Source of the DNA: Gnetum montanum
Taxonomy: Eukaryota > Plantae > Gnetophyta
Assembly (NCBI GenBank): GCA_015680685.1
Contig: MNCI01001065.1
Coordinates: 366,602-430,601 of the forward strand
DNA length: 64,000 bases
Direction of reading: 5' to 3'
Part shown: piece by piece, positions 12,476 through 26,134 of the stretch
Position numbering within the stretch: the first letter of the stretch is position 1
Layout of the letters: each line of letters starts with the position of its first letter
Translations under genes and position numbers: made by a program
The notes under the pieces: model-generated
Databases searched by the model: none
Seen by the model: the letters and a program-made list of their open reading frames with translations, nothing else
What the model was told of the DNA's origin: nothing

Positions 12476-15400
12476 ATGGAATCCTCCCAAATTAACCCAG
12501 TGACACTATCGATCTCTGACTTTGGGGCTGAAACCTCGAACCCTATGACTGCTACAAAACCCATAACTGTTATTGAATAGATAAACCCCCAAGGCCCTAT
12601 GTGCTAGTCACTCAGGCTACAGGGCAAAGACCCTACTTATGAAACTCTTACACCTGAACAGTATAACTTCATCTGTGTCAAAATCCAAGCCAACCTGCTT
12701 GTCAATTATGTAGAGAGGGAAGCGAAGTGAGTCTATGAACTCATTTATAAAGGAGGTTGTGAGTTTATCCCCTTAGCATTTGATATAATCACTCTTTCTG
12801 AACACCATCATAGACTCATGTCTTAGCTTCTCATGGTAAGAAGTCAAGCCTTATAGCCACCTTCAATAAAGCCTCAGAGTGGAGATGAGGAAGATGACTT
12901 CGTAGCCCAATCTGAACATGGGGATTTGTTCCATACTGTTAGCCCCCATGCCTATGCAAACTCATTATTCCACCCTTTTCTGGAAGAAACTGTGCTTCCT
13001 CCTTCATCCGCAAACACTCAAGTACCAGTTTCTCGACAAGAAGTACCTACTTCCATTCCCATCTTCTCCGTGCTCAACATTCAATTTGATACATCCACTT
13101 CCATCATACCTCTACAAGTACAATCCCAACAACTCTATCCCCAAACTAATGTAGGATCAACCTTTAGGCCTCAAGTGATTGGGATGCCATCAGTCATACT
13201 AGCTTCCACATCCACCCATTACACACCTCAAGTGCAAATCCACAGGGCACCATTGATTACTTCAACCCAACACATTCAGGGTGTCACTTCACAACCTGTG
13301 GCTAGGCAGTGGGTTCTACCTGTTGTATAGCAAAACCTGTCTACTCACTACAATGTACGACACCTCGTGGTCTTAGCCCTGAATATTGTCCCACAGCAAT
13401 AAACAATAGTCCAACAATCTCTCTTTTCACAAATGATGCAATAATTGAACCATTATCAACCACCACCAACTCAACCCACTGGTTTGCCTACTGCCCAAGA
13501 GTGAGCAGACACAAAAAAAATGATGCACTCGTTAGCAGAAGAATTGAAGTACCTCAAAATTGTAAATACTGAGGAAGTTAAGGTACTGGACTTCTATTAA
13601 GATGATCCAATCGATCCCTCAATTCCACCGTTAACCTTGCCAAAAGGAGTCTCATTACCCCAGCTAACCAAGTACAATGGAGAGGGAGACCCAAATGCTC
13701 ACATAGTAACATTTTGAATAGAATGTCTATTGCTTCATGCATGGCCTCATGTAATTTTGTGTGTGTTTGCTATGTCCTTAATGGGAAAAGCTTTAGACTG
13801 GTACCAAGCTCTACCCCATAACTTCATATCCTCTTTGGAAGATTTGTTACATCAGTTTGTTACTCGCTTCAAATATAATCTAAAGCCTGAAGCCACACTG
13901 GATAGCTTGATTCAGATTAAACAGGCACCATTAGAGCCAGCATAGAAATTTATCTAGAGGTGGAGCATAGCCTTGAACGAACTTCACAAGCCCATCCTCG
14001 AAACATATCTACTCACCATCCTTAAGGTGACTGTCAATGACTTTATTAAGTCGAAGCTTTACCATTTGAAAGCTCGCACATTGAGCCAAGCATTTGTGCA
14101 AATTAAAGATATAGAAGAGGCGACACAAACAAGTAATGACCTAGCTTACTCAACCTTTAGGAGCCAACATACGAGGAAAGATAAATCCAAAACAAGTAGT
14201 GGTCGAGACAGCCCGACCTAACCATCCAGGACAAAAGGAAAAACAACCCACTGTCCTAAACAACTATGAAAGAAACACACCTACACTTACACCTGAAACT
14301 TCCTCAAATAGAAATACCAACATGGGTCATGCCTGTACATTCAAAAGAAAAGACCTCGCTCAATATACACCCTTGCATATGAAGCCTTTGATCAACTTCT
14401 AAAGGCTGGGCTAATCCAGCATAAACAAATGTCTCCTGCGGCCTCTTAAAAACATGATCGATTTTGTGAGCTGGCTAAGAATCCAGCTCTAGCAATAGCT
14501 AACGAGGCCCCCATTCCAAGAGGATTTAGATTGGATAGGTTTTATGAATATCACCAACGGTGTGAAAAGCATGATTGATAGGGGTGAAGTAGTATTCGAT
14601 GGGGCAAACCCAGTAAGACCCCAAAACCAACCCATGGGAGTCTACAAGGATCCTCTTAATACCAATGATGCACCATATGTGATTAATACTATCCATGTGG
14701 AAAATAGATAGGACGTCTCACGAAAAACTTTTGTGATTCACAGGCCTTCAGAAAACACGCCTACCCCAACATCTCCTCAAACCCCTTTCATCATATGCAC
14801 ATCCCCTACACCACAAAAACCATTCTTCATCCGCGTACCTCCTTCTGTTGTAGCAACAATGATACCATTTGAAAACTGACCCATTTCCTTTGTGATTTGG
14901 GTGCCAAAACACCTTAACACACAACCCACCTCCATTCCCCCGCAACCTTTGCGAGAACGTCTTACCTATAAACTAACAAGAGAGTGCCTAGAAAGAGAAC
15001 ACCATGAGCACAAATTAGGACCACCAAAATCCACACCGCTAAATGCTATTCCCATGGGTATGCCCATTAATGAGCCTAGTAGGAGTAATCAAAACGAGGA
15101 TAATGTCATGGGTTGTGTCTTGAACCCAGCATCCTCAGTTACCAATGCAAAAATCCCTCCACGAGAGATACGAATGCTGGGTCAAATGGACCAAGTCTCC
15201 GCAGATAAGGGTGCCCCAAATGGTAAAGATTTAGCGAGTGCATGAACTCAAGTCACGCAGGCTTTGAAATAAAAGAATACTTCTCTAAGCCTGTATGATC
15301 TAGTAATGACTTCAACTGTACATCGAGAAGCATTCGTGCGTATGTTGACTTCAATCCCTGTGAGTGAGGACCTTCCTACAGACGAGCTGTCTATTTATGT

Positions 15401-16193
15401 GGTACTGTCCCCACAACCCCAAGAGTCAAAGACCACATCCCTAGAGTTTTATGTTAATGACATTAAGCTAGATGAGAAAACAGGAGAAGTCACCATAGCC
15501 CCTATGTTCATAATGATACATGTTAATCATTTCAAGATATGTAGGGTGCATGTCGATGACGGTGCGGTGACAAATGTAACACCTTTTCCTATCATCGAAA
15601 AATTGGGACTTACTGAACAAATACAACCCATGACAACTTATTTCATAAAATTCTTTAGTGGTTCCCGTGTTGGGGTGAAAGGTATGGTTACCTTGGATTT
15701 CATAGCTTGGGACCAATTCCCCACATCAGCTGAATTTGTAGTGGTTGATGAAATGCTAGGGTTTAATCTAATTTTAGGAAGTTCTTGGCTAGCTTAACTT
15801 AGAGCTGTATCCTCACCGATCCATAAGAAGATCCACCTACCTTACAAGGGCGATGAAATCATCATACATGGGGATACAATAGTATCGCTCACTTCCTCAC
15901 ACCCTAGAGTGGATCAAGAGTCAGAAATTGAGTTAGTTGAGCCTAAGCAAGGAACTATGAGCATACTTCAAGACATGAATGCAACGTTAACTCATAACCC
16001 TACTGAAATTGAGGAAACACTAAACAACACAAACATAGGAGCCATTCCCACTGATGTCTCTTGGTCAGAATTACCCTTTGACATTTCACTGGTGAAGGGG
16101 ACGGTGAGTATAAGATCATACCTACATGCCCAACCCCTCACGTTAAGCTACAAAGGATTAAGAGGCAACTCAATAACGAGAGAGAATCACTAA
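12476..16193 (+). pseudogene. gag: Element B gag-protease, degenerate
   Basis: ALDWYQALP, FVTRFKYNLKPEATLD; protease RVHVDDGAVTNVTP in ORF 15306-15797. Confidence 0.9.
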
Positions 16194-16194
16194 A

Positions 16195-16440
16195 TGTCCA
16201 GAATGATGTTAAACTACCAATTTTCCAATACAACGTTAAACTGCCAGCGAACATCCAAAATGACGTTAAACTAGCCACGGTCAGAAATGGCTGGTTCCTT
16301 TTAAAAGCTTCCTAAAACTATTGTTTCTTTTGGCCCACTATGGCATAAAAGGGGTAATCCTTCTTTCTTTGACAACAGATGCAACATTCCACCATGACTT
16401 TAAACTAATGTGCATAGCCCGAAATGGCTTTAAACTAGGG
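16195..16440 (+). repeat. Array 1 of element B (degenerate hairpin + TTAAACT motifs)
   Basis: gtccagaatgatgttaaactac, atccaaaatgacgttaaactag, gcccgaaatggctttaaactag. Confidence 0.65.
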
Positions 16441-16795
16441 TTCAATATGTCGCAAGTTTACAAACATTCACTACGGTATGTCAAATTTTCATTTAAATGA
16501 TATAAGTTGCAGTCTCGATCTATGCCTTCTCATTATTTTCCTCTTTTACAAGTGTTGATTTACGTTTTGTTCCCCCATTTTACATTTAGCTACATGCATA
16601 TGTTCATGATAATACTTGAGAAAACAAATAAAAAGAGAAAACACATAAAAAAATGATACGTCAACATGGTAGTAAAATTCCAACACGTTATGCCATAATT
16701 AGATCCATTTTATTACACTTGTAAACCATACATTTCCATGAAACATTCAAAAATCCAAAAAAAATTTAATAACTAAAGTCCAATTAACAATAAGC

Positions 16796-18080
16796 TCATG
16801 GAGAGGGTTGGTCCCCAAGATCCTCTTCATTATCCGCTCTCGCTCCACTGGGGCCAGCTCCACCATTAACATGTCCCTACAACAAGGTAGAAAAAAAAAC
16901 AGGTAAGAGTAGTGAAGCAAATCATAAATAAAAAACTAAGAAAAATAGTAAACTAATAATGAAAATGGTAAAACCATACACAAATAAATAATAAAATACT
17001 CACAAGTGAGGAAGGCCCTAAGTTGGCCTCCAAACGTTGTAGAATCTTCCCCTCAGGCACATTTGCCCAATCCTCATCCAAGCTAAGATCAACACCAACT
17101 AAGGTTTTACCCTTGTCCACCGAAGTCCAGGTAGGATGCTCAAGAGAGAACATGCTTGTCGAGGACTCCCCGGAGGTGGTAGTAATGGTTTTCTTGGGAG
17201 ATCCCTCCACCTCGGTGCACTCAGCTAACCTATCATAAGCAGACCGCAAGCCTAACCCATCGATGAACATCTCCATCCGGTGATGTTCAATTGAATCCTC
17301 CTTTAACCATTTCTTATACTAATGCTTGTGGTCTTTTTGGTCTTGGCCCCATTACCATACTTTGGCAACAAAGGATTTCCAATCGTGACACTTCCTGTTC
17401 AGCAAATCCATCTATTCTCTTTGTTTTGCTAAATCCCATGTCGCATGCACTTTGCTGTTCAAGACCATCTAGTAATGCGCATAGGTGATTTCAAATGTGT
17501 GCCAAGTGCTATCACCAGACAGCCTAGTAGTAGAAAATCATAACGAGATTAGAGATCCCTCTTCTCCTCTCTCTCCTTCGCTAGTGCTTCCTTCAATGAA
17601 TACACCTCGTCCCATAGATATTCAACTAAACACCTACAAGTCTAAAGTGATTTGGCATTTTGTACGACACAATTGGAAACTGCATCATAAAACTTCCTAA
17701 GGACTTGCTTAATATTCCTTGGCAATTCAAGGAGAGCATCAATATGAGTGGCTTCAGAAGGATCCCATTGAAGCTTGACGCCTGTAGGTGTAAGTACCAC
17801 ACACATGAATCAGCCATAATCAACAATGAATGCAAAGAAAACACAAATAAAACCAGACACTTAGCATGACATGTAATGTACACATATCTAGTTCTGGATG
17901 AGGTTCTCATAGGTGAGCGACCACATCATTAACGATGCCCTTAACAAAGTTCATTTTGCTAGGCATCTCAGGCCATGACCTTAGCTGGTCATTTGATGTG
18001 GGACAAGCAGGGGAGGTCACCTTAATTAGAACCTTTGATCCTAACCCCTCTACCTAGGATGTATGTGCCTTAGAAATCTT
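16796..18080 (-). pseudogene. Element B antisense gene, last three exons only (5' part removed by deletion)
   Basis: Intron 16877-17003 (GTGAGT…TTGTAG); exon starting …KLQWDP near 17780; WPEMPSKMNFVKGIVNDVV homologous to C and D. Confidence 0.72.
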
Positions 18081-18174
18081 AGCATATACCTCTGATGCTA
18101 AAGATAATCAAGATAATCAAGAACAACACATGAAAATTAAAGGATACAGAATATGGATTGAGCTAAAAGGAACA

Positions 18175-19845
18175 TACCCCTCTGGAGAAATCCAACCCTT
18201 CGCTTATTGATTAACCTTTCCTTGTACCAATAACGTGGTGGAATACGAAGGTCTTCTCAAAGGTCTTCAAGTAGCATTGACTTTAGGAATCACACGTCTT
18301 GTAGTTTGAGGTGATTTGCAGTTAGTCATTAATCAAGTCACTGAGATTTATGCATGCAAAGCTCTTTATTTGCAACCTTATTGTGATTTGACCAAACATC
18401 TGCTGAGATGACTAGTATAAGTGGATATACAGCATGTCCTTAGGAGTGAAAACACTATTGCCGATGAACTTGCTACACTAGCCTTAAACATAACACCCGA
18501 AATGCTTCATATGTTGCCTAGCTCCATAACAAGTTATGCTGAACCTATAATTAACACTTTTGATGAAATGCCTATAGCATCCATTAGCAAAACACACGCA
18601 ATAGAATGGTACGATGACATAAAAGAGTACCTTCTACAAGGAGAACCTCCACAACATTTGACAAATGCTCAAAAAGATGCCCTGCGGAAACGCTGTCGGC
18701 AATATGCATTAATAGGGGATACATTGTGTCGTAGATCCTATGAAGGCATCTTGCTGATGTGCGTTAGTAGCATTGATGGTCAAATGATTGTAGAAAAAGT
18801 CCACGAAGGACTTTGTGGAGGGCACATAGCACCCAAAGCAATGGCAACAAAGATTAGACGCTTAGGCTACTATTGGCCACACATGGAGTACGATGGCATC
18901 TCCAAGGTCAAGACATGTGACATGTGCCAAAGGCATGACAATCTAATACATGTGCCATCTAATGAATTACACATAACACAAATCACATGGCCATTCCTAA
19001 AATGGGGATTAGACTTAATTGGACCGATAACACCATCATCCTCTGTAGGACATAGCTTCATTATCACAGCAACTGAATACTTCACAAAATGGGTAGAAGC
19101 CATCCCCCTTAGGAAGACCACTTCAAAACATATTTGCACTTTCATAACAGAAAATATCGTAACCCATTTTGGTATTCTGATGACCATCGTTATTGACAAT
19201 GGGCTGCAGTTCAGCAATGTAGATACTAAAATATTTTGTGAAAGTTTGGCTATTAAACATGCATTCTCATCACCTTACTAGCCACAGAGCAATGGTTAAG
19301 CAAAGGCCATAAACAAAATTGTCATCATGGTGCTCAAAAAGATGTTGAATTAGAGCAAGAAACAATAACATGAACAATTAGTCTATGCATTGTGGACATA
19401 CAAAATGACGCATCGAACATCTATAGGTAAAGCTCCATATAGTCTAGTATATGGATCTGAAGCTGTTTTACCTTTAGAGTTATAGGTTCCCTCGTTGCGG
19501 ATAGCTCTCTTAGGCTTCCTCGATGAAAGTCAAAATAATGAATTGTGCATTGCTAACCTTGACTCGGTGGAGGAAGAATGTGTGTGAACGCTTGATTAGA
19601 TTGAGTGGTACTAGAAACAATAGCAGCAACGACACAAACACGACCTGCATAAACACCCGATTAAAGAAGGAGACTTAGTCCTTAAGGTCGTCCATGAACA
19701 TCCAGAAAAATTCTCAGCCAACTGGGAAGGGCCTTACTTAGTCACCAAGGCGTACAATAACGGAGCATTCAAACTTGCTGACATGGATGGAAATGAGTTT
19801 ACTAATCCCAAAAATCATTTGTACCTAAAATGGTACTATGTTTGA
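18175..19845 (+). pseudogene. pol: Element B pol remnant: aRNase H C-terminal part plus integrase (HHCC, DDE)
   Basis: TNNVVEYEGLL, HVLRSEN, VHEGLCGGH…CDMCQRH, WGLDLIGP, TEYFTKWVEA. Confidence 0.92.
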
Positions 19846-20345
19846 TCAAACTAAGGTCCGTAACGGTCCTGGCATCATGACTTAAAATTGATACCATAGA
19901 ACAGTCCTGACATCATGACTTAAAACTGATACCACAAAGCGGTCCTGGCATCATGACATAAAACTGATACCATAGAATGGTCCTGGCATCATGACTTGAA
20001 ATTGGTACCATAGAACGGTCCTGGCATCAAGACTTAAAACTGATACCATAGAACGGTCCTGGCATCATGACTTGAAACTGGTACCATAGAACGGTCCTGG
20101 GGCTATGACTTGAAATTGGCACCACAAAGCTCTATCTGGTATGACAATAAACTACCACATCTATCCGCCATGATGTGAAACTAGCATCTAGAGCCCACTA
20201 AGACTATAAACTAGTTTGCCTCTTCATAGTCCGCTAAGATTATAAACTAGCAACACACCATTTTCTACGACGCTAAACTGGTGCCATCCAAAGGGTTATG
20301 ATGTGAAACTAACCTACAACAGTCTGCTAAGACTATAAACTAGCG
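19845..20345 (+). repeat. Array 3 of element B: ~38-bp units CGGTCCTGGCATCATGACTTAAAACTGATACCATAGAA, then degenerate motif copies
   Basis: About seven near-identical units at 19863-20125, then GTCCGCTAAGACTATAAACTAG-type copies with variable spacers. Confidence 0.95.
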
Positions 20346-21552
20346 ACATCATCGACGACCAGGCAATATTTGAAAAGATATGTTGCTACAATTGGCTGTA
20401 CATGTTTCACAAAGACTTGCTACATAACTTGTCTCATGGGGCCCTGATCAAGCTGATGCTGTTCATGATTTGGTTTGCTTTGAAATTGCACATGGTGGCT
20501 CCATCTCCTTGGTTGTTTTCAAGTTTAAAGTGCTTAGTTAACCATTTCAGTTGTGGTTTTCTTATCTTCTTGGAGTTGTGTTTGCAAGATGACACACCTA
20601 AGGCATTCATGCATAGATGCACTTCATCATGATGAGAAGGTATCACATTCTTCCTAATGCCCGTAATTGGGTTAATCAATCCGTTCATAAGTACATTCCC
20701 CACTACTTATACATTCCCTATTCCCCCTCATGTTTCCTTTGTCCTATTTAATTACATTCCTTGGATACATTCTACTCCCCCAAAGCTCTTGATACATTGT
20801 TGCACACTGTGATCCTCTAAGTAGTTGCAATGCAAAACATAGTACATGGTACATGATGCAAAATGCAAGCACTCGAGCATGAGCACAACACTAAAAGAAA
20901 GCTCTTTCAAAAAGAGCAAAGAGAACAAGAAAATAAAACAGAAAAAAAAACATCAAAAAGAAAACAAAAACAAAAAGAAAAGAAGAAACAAAGAAAAAGA
21001 AAAAGAACAAAAAGTTGATAGAGCAAAATAGACGGAAAAGATCTTCATGACCCCGTTAACGTTATAAACCAAAGACTATTGGCTATTCTCATATAAGCCC
21101 TAGGCAAGAAGGTAATTGTCTTGGAAAATAGTTACACTCGTGTCTCAAAGAGATCATGTTGCACATCATCGCGTGGATTTGGCTATTTACAATGGGCCCT
21201 GTAAACACTCTATAAGAGTTCTATTTTGCCAAAGAATGCACCTCTTATGTCTTGGCTCCGAGTCTACTGAAAACCAGCTATTGACAAGGACCAATTATAT
21301 AGCTTGTTCACGTGAGAGCATTCCTATCTCACAATTCCAATAGCAATCATATTCCTTGATCAACTCTTGATTTCCCTAGTTACAACTAATCCCCTTGCAT
21401 CTTGAACTGCATTCCCCCAATCCCATGTACTTTTGAACATGGTGCGATAACATCCAGCCAAGGGTTGACAGTTAATGTTTGGTACTTGGTTGTTCATGGT
21501 GTTTTGCACTTCTTTGTCGATGCCTCTCGGGTGGATTCCTCCATACGTGAAC

Positions 21553-21564
21553 AAAGAGGGGCTA
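21553..21564 (+). promoter_or_regulatory. Polypurine tract of element B (AAAGAGGGG)
   Basis: Immediately 5' of the 3' LTR; same tract in C. Confidence 0.85.
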
Positions 21565-21565
21565 G

Positions 21566-23270
21566 TGAAACACCACAAATTTCGGCCTAGCACTTTGAAA
21601 CAAGAACAACCCAGAGCCCTTTTGGCTTTTGGGAGGCAAAATTTGACTAAGGCATGGAACTCACACCTAGCTTGCTCGAGCCAGCTTGCTCACATTGTCA
21701 AGCTAGCTTGCCCTCAACGTGAGTAACTTCGATAGCTTCAAAATCATGTTAAAGATGGTCTAATATGAAGGTGCAAGCTATTCTAAAGGGCCACTAATGT
21801 CAACTTCAAGCTTTAGCATTCAGGGATTCAAATTTCAGTGTCAAAAGGTGCAAATTTCCTCACTCACGCTATCATTGACGCTAAGGTAACACTGGCAGCG
21901 TGAGTGCAACGTGAGCAACTTTCAGAGCCCAAAACTGAGTCGAAACGATATGATTCCCAATGTCCAAGTCATCCTCGGAGTTTATCATCAACAAAATTCA
22001 ATTTCTAGCCTCTAGAATTCTATAATTTAGCTCAAAATTACAAGATTTTGTAGCTCATGCTGCACTCACATTGGCAGCGTGAGTCCAACGTGAGCTACCC
22101 AAAATGGTCCAAAATAGGATACATCAAGCTCAATTTTTGATTTTCGGATCATCCCTAAGGTTAGCCACACAATCAAATAGTAGTTACACTCAAGAAACAA
22201 GCTTCAAAATCAAAATTTGGTGGAAAATGCATTATTCTGGCTCACTCACGCTGAGGTCACATTGGTAGCGTGAGTGCAATGTGAGTGTAGCATGAGCACA
22301 TTGAGGACATGCCAAGGCAAAATCAACTTAGGCTGGAAGTCCTGGATGCCTCAAATAGCCACAAAGCCACCCAAATGGACATCTTGCAGTAGTCAATTCA
22401 GAGATTGAGAAGTTTCAAGCAAGCTAGAGTCAATTTCTCCTATTGTACATTATCATTTCATTATAAATGTTCGTCATTTGTTGGTTTGTCAAGCTCTTAT
22501 GCTCTATATTGTATGTGCTTCCATGAGCGTAAGCTGGCTTGTGTAAGCCGATGCACGTTGTAAGATACATTGCACCTAGTCAAAAACGTAGCTTGCCCAC
22601 ACATATCCAACTCACACACAGCTGTCCATCGGACACGTGTCACTTGATCCATTTTCCTCTCAATTCTTAGCCATTGATTCTATTCACAAATTTTTCACTT
22701 GAGCCCAGCCAAACCCTATAAATACCCTATCAATTCACATAAACGAGGTTGGCAATTTTGAAAGTTGATGGCTTAGGAAACTCAGACCAGCAATCCTTGG
22801 ACGCTCGGGCACACTTGACTCCTAGCATTTAAGTGCTCCTGAAACACATCACATCACTCTAGGGCTTGTTGTTTGATTTTCCATCCACACTAGCGACTAT
22901 GCTTTGACCGGTGCACATCTTTTCTAAGCAATACAATCCAATTCATTTTTGCAGGCCATTATATTGTATACTCTGTTTACATTCAGTTTACATTTTGTTT
23001 GCTATACTGTTCTATATACACTCTGTTTGCATTTTGTACATTATTGTTTACATTTCATACATCATTAGTTACAATAACCCCAGCGCAAGCCATAGTTTAC
23101 GTTTGGGGAAGTCCTTGGTTGATTTGCATGCAGACTATCCAAGGCACTCTGCCTTCATTTTCTTTTCTAGATTTCCCTCACACGAAGGTAGGGTCAGCTA
23201 TGTCTGTCCAACCATCTTTCGGTGTTTATTTTTCCCTTCCAACCTTACACCGATGATTTAGGTCAGTATA
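21566..23270 (+). repeat. 3' LTR of element B (1705 bp)
   Basis: TGAAACACCAC…CAGTATA followed by TSD GGGGC. Confidence 0.93.
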
Positions 23271-23275
23271 GGGGC

Positions 23276-24646
23276 CCTTTCCTCTGAGACTGGGGCCTCC
23301 GTGTCTTTATTTGCCACCCCCGTCTTGGGGGTTGACACCTCTTCCTCACATTCTTCTTCTTTCTCTCCTTCCTCTGGTAGCAAAAACATATTTGCATTAG
23401 TTTAAAGTAAGTTAGCTTAAAGTAGGTGCTACGCTATGCTACGATGCTTAGTGTAGCATAGCGTAGCAGGCATTAGCAAAGTAGGCGAGGAAGTAAACAT
23501 AGGAAAAAGCATTTACCAATGGGGGATTGCGTCCTGCGTAGCTTGAACCATAGTGTCCACCCCTCTTCCTCTTCCATATGGAGGGTCTCCTGCGTAGCGA
23601 TGAGATGTTTCCCCTGCGATACACTACCGACGGTAGCAGGGGACACCTCTCCTACTCTGTCTTAGCCATGAAAGTTGTGGGCCGCTCGATCCTTAGTCGT
23701 CATTGAGTACGACTCCCCAATAGCCTCTAGGGGATCTTGGGCTTGGGTGGTCCAGAGGATTTGGCAGATCCACAGTTTGGAAATCTGATTACGATTTTGC
23801 ATAACCTAGACTCCATTCTCGTGAACTACCAAAAACTCCATGAAACGTCATAAGCAAGCTATGTAAAAGGCGTAGTGCACATTGAAACAAGACTCCTACT
23901 TCTTGTGAAGCACAACGATTTTAGTTTGTAGGCCCTTGCATAGATACCTAGCCTAGTTGTAGCGAGCCCCCTCTTCCATGACCTCCTACATCACCCAAGC
24001 TTGCTCAATCCCAAGGATCTTTCCTTGGGAAAGTAGCTAGGGGAAAGCATGAGCACAGAAGATGGGATAAACCTTTGTGGTAGGTCTTGGCCTGACCTTC
24101 TCCATGGGGATCCCCTTTCACTCTTTTGCAATCCCTACCCACTCCTCAATGTCCTCCTTTTGATGGTTGAGCTCTTTCTTGGTCTTTGACCCTATGAGGG
24201 GACCATCAACAAGGACACCAAAAAGGTCTACGAATAGGTGGTCATTGATTTCAATGACCACCCGCACACCATGTACACGTGTGCAGAAGCAGTCTACCTT
24301 GTCAAAAAAGGAGTCAGCTAGGGCAAGCATCTCAGCAGTAGGGACACTTGGATTCGGGGCCAGAAACAAATCCATAAGCCCAGCATCTTGAAGGTGTTTG
24401 AGTAGGGATTCCGAGGCCGCGCTGCATATCCAACGTTGGCTCCCATCTACCTCCCCGTACTAGAAGTAGATGTTGGCTTCTTAGTTCCTTAAGGTTATTA
24501 CCATCACCTCCTAGGACTTCTTCACCCCTATAGTAGTTTGCATGAAAGCAGTTAGCATAACAGCGCAAAAAACACAAAAAAAGCAAAAAACAAGTTAGGC
24601 AAAGCACCAATACCAGAAAAAACAGAACAACACTAGAACATTCAGT
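23276..24646 (-). pseudogene. Element D antisense gene, middle exons (plant-transposon-protein-like exon about 23517-24527)
   Basis: MDLFLAPNPSVPTAEMLALADSF…LFGVLVDGPL homologous to C 32777-33247; intron GTAAAT…TACCAG at about 23374-23516. Confidence 0.8.
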
Positions 24647-25880
24647 TGAAACACTGTGAAATTTCAAAGCCTTGATGATTCAGCAAGGTCTCAAAGCTTA
24701 GGAGAGGATTTCCAACAAATGGCACATCTCAGTAAGTTTTCTTTTTTTGGCTAAGGGCCTGCTACGCTACACTATGCAGCTCAGCGTAGTAGACTTCGGA
24801 AGAATAGAACAAGGGATGCACAACAATAACGCTTCAAACTTGCAAGTTATCCATGATCAAGAATCTTAACTGTTGCCATACTACACCACATTATGCTATG
24901 CAGTGTAACGAAGCATAACGCAAGCAGCGCATTTGACTTAGCTGCAGTGACAAAGATAACGAAATTTAGTTGGAAACAATCATTACGCCATGATATTCTT
25001 CCTAGCGTATCGTAGCGTAATCATGAGACAGTTTGTTTAGTGCAAAAGACAAGGTTGAATGAACTGTCTTCTTAAAGGATGGTTACGCTATACTACGGTC
25101 TAGAGCGTAATGCAGCGTAACGTCGCAAGCTTCAACTACAGCATATCAAGTCAACGACATTTTATGGGTCTAGGACATGCGTCATCTAAACTGCATTTTT
25201 CTCCTAACCATAATCTTATAAATACTCTAGCTGACAACGATCAAGGGGTTGACAATTTTTGGTTGACAACTGTTAGCAATTTTTGGCAATTTTGGCAAGG
25301 ATTGGCGAGAGAACAAAAGAGAATCAGCAACTGAAAGAACATCGATGGTGATCGACAGGAGCTTTTGATCAGAAACTTTAAGTTAGCAAACACTTTGCTT
25401 CGAGTCTGACTCCTTTGCACCCAAATTGGCTAGAACAAGCTAGATCAGCCTTTGCTTGTTTCATCTCTGAATAGCTTTCTTGTTCTGGGCATGTGCTTCG
25501 TCTAAACCGAAGTTTGCCTACAATCATTGTATTCGACATATTTGTTTATAAGATAAATCCTAGATCTTGGGATTGCACATTCTTTAAATTCAATTTATTG
25601 CATTCTATTTGCATAGATTTTACAATCGTTCTACATCGTTTACATTGTCCTCGTCGCCTTCGAGATTATCAATATCATATCTTCCCATCAAAGTCGTCAT
25701 ATTGTGATCAGATCATTACAAAATTTACTAATTAGGTAAGTCCCTGTTTGATCGACAAGATCATTTAGAGCACCTTGGATTCATTTTCCCTAGCACAACC
25801 CTTGCACGGATCTGGGGTTGGAACTGTGTACACGGAACTTTGCTCGGTATTTCCAGTGACCGACATTTTCAATCGTTACA
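24647..25880 (+). repeat. 5' LTR of element C (1234 bp)
   Basis: TGAAACACTG…ATCGTTACA; TATAAATA near 25217; collinear with 40217-41450. Confidence 0.95.
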
Positions 25881-25886
25881 GTTTTC

Positions 25887-25914
25887 TAGCGCTAGAAGGA
25901 GGGCCTGAACCTCC
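25887..25914 (+). promoter_or_regulatory. PBS of element C, tRNA-Asn type, extended to 28 nt
   Basis: TAGCGCTAGAAGGAGGGCCTGAACCTCC, 6 nt after the LTR end. Confidence 0.85.
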
Positions 25915-26134
25915 AATCTGCATTTCACAAGTAGTCTTGTAAGCTATCTGTACCCATTTTTGATCAACATAAACATAATACCTCCATGGTTGTTTACGAG
26001 ATTGTGTGGTGCAGATCGGTTGCTTTGACGATTCCTCTGGAATCCTGTAGGGTAGGAAGCCCATTTTCGCCTTAGCTTGCCTTTGCCCTTGTGATCTTTA
26101 CCCTTGTTGTCATTACCCTATAGCTACGTAGAGA

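Larger units (their letters stand above)
10208..23270 (+). mobile_element. Element B: internally deleted Tat LTR retrotransposon (13,063 bp) with both LTRs, PBS, PPT and TSD GGGGC
   Basis: GGGGC at 10203-10207 and 23271-23275; paired LTRs; gag-PR and aRH-INT present, RT and RH absent. Confidence 0.93.

Noticed and set aside
16103-16110. G|GTGAGT donor after PR in B as an Ogre-like gag-pol splice site
   Set aside because: No equivalent donor in C or D, and the gag-PR peptide stays conserved beyond it up to the stop
19845-20345. CRISPR array interpretation of the repeat-spacer arrays
   Set aside because: Eukaryotic retrotransposon context, no cas genes, repeats degenerate, spacers short and often duplicated
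20846-21031. Lys-rich ORF
   Set aside because: Translation of an A-rich low-complexity tract in the 3' UTR of B
24642-24646. TSD for element C
   Set aside because: TCAGT versus GTAGT (41451-41455) match at only 3 of 5 positions; not claimed as a clean TSD, although the flanks are collinear parts of D
25110-25735. ORFs repeated in both C LTRs (25110-25334 and 25493-25735; 40629-40868 and 41063-41305)
   Set aside because: Shared only because the LTRs are duplicates; no protein motifs
25887-25914. tRNA gene
   Set aside because: Only the complement of the 3' 28 nt is present, at the PBS position
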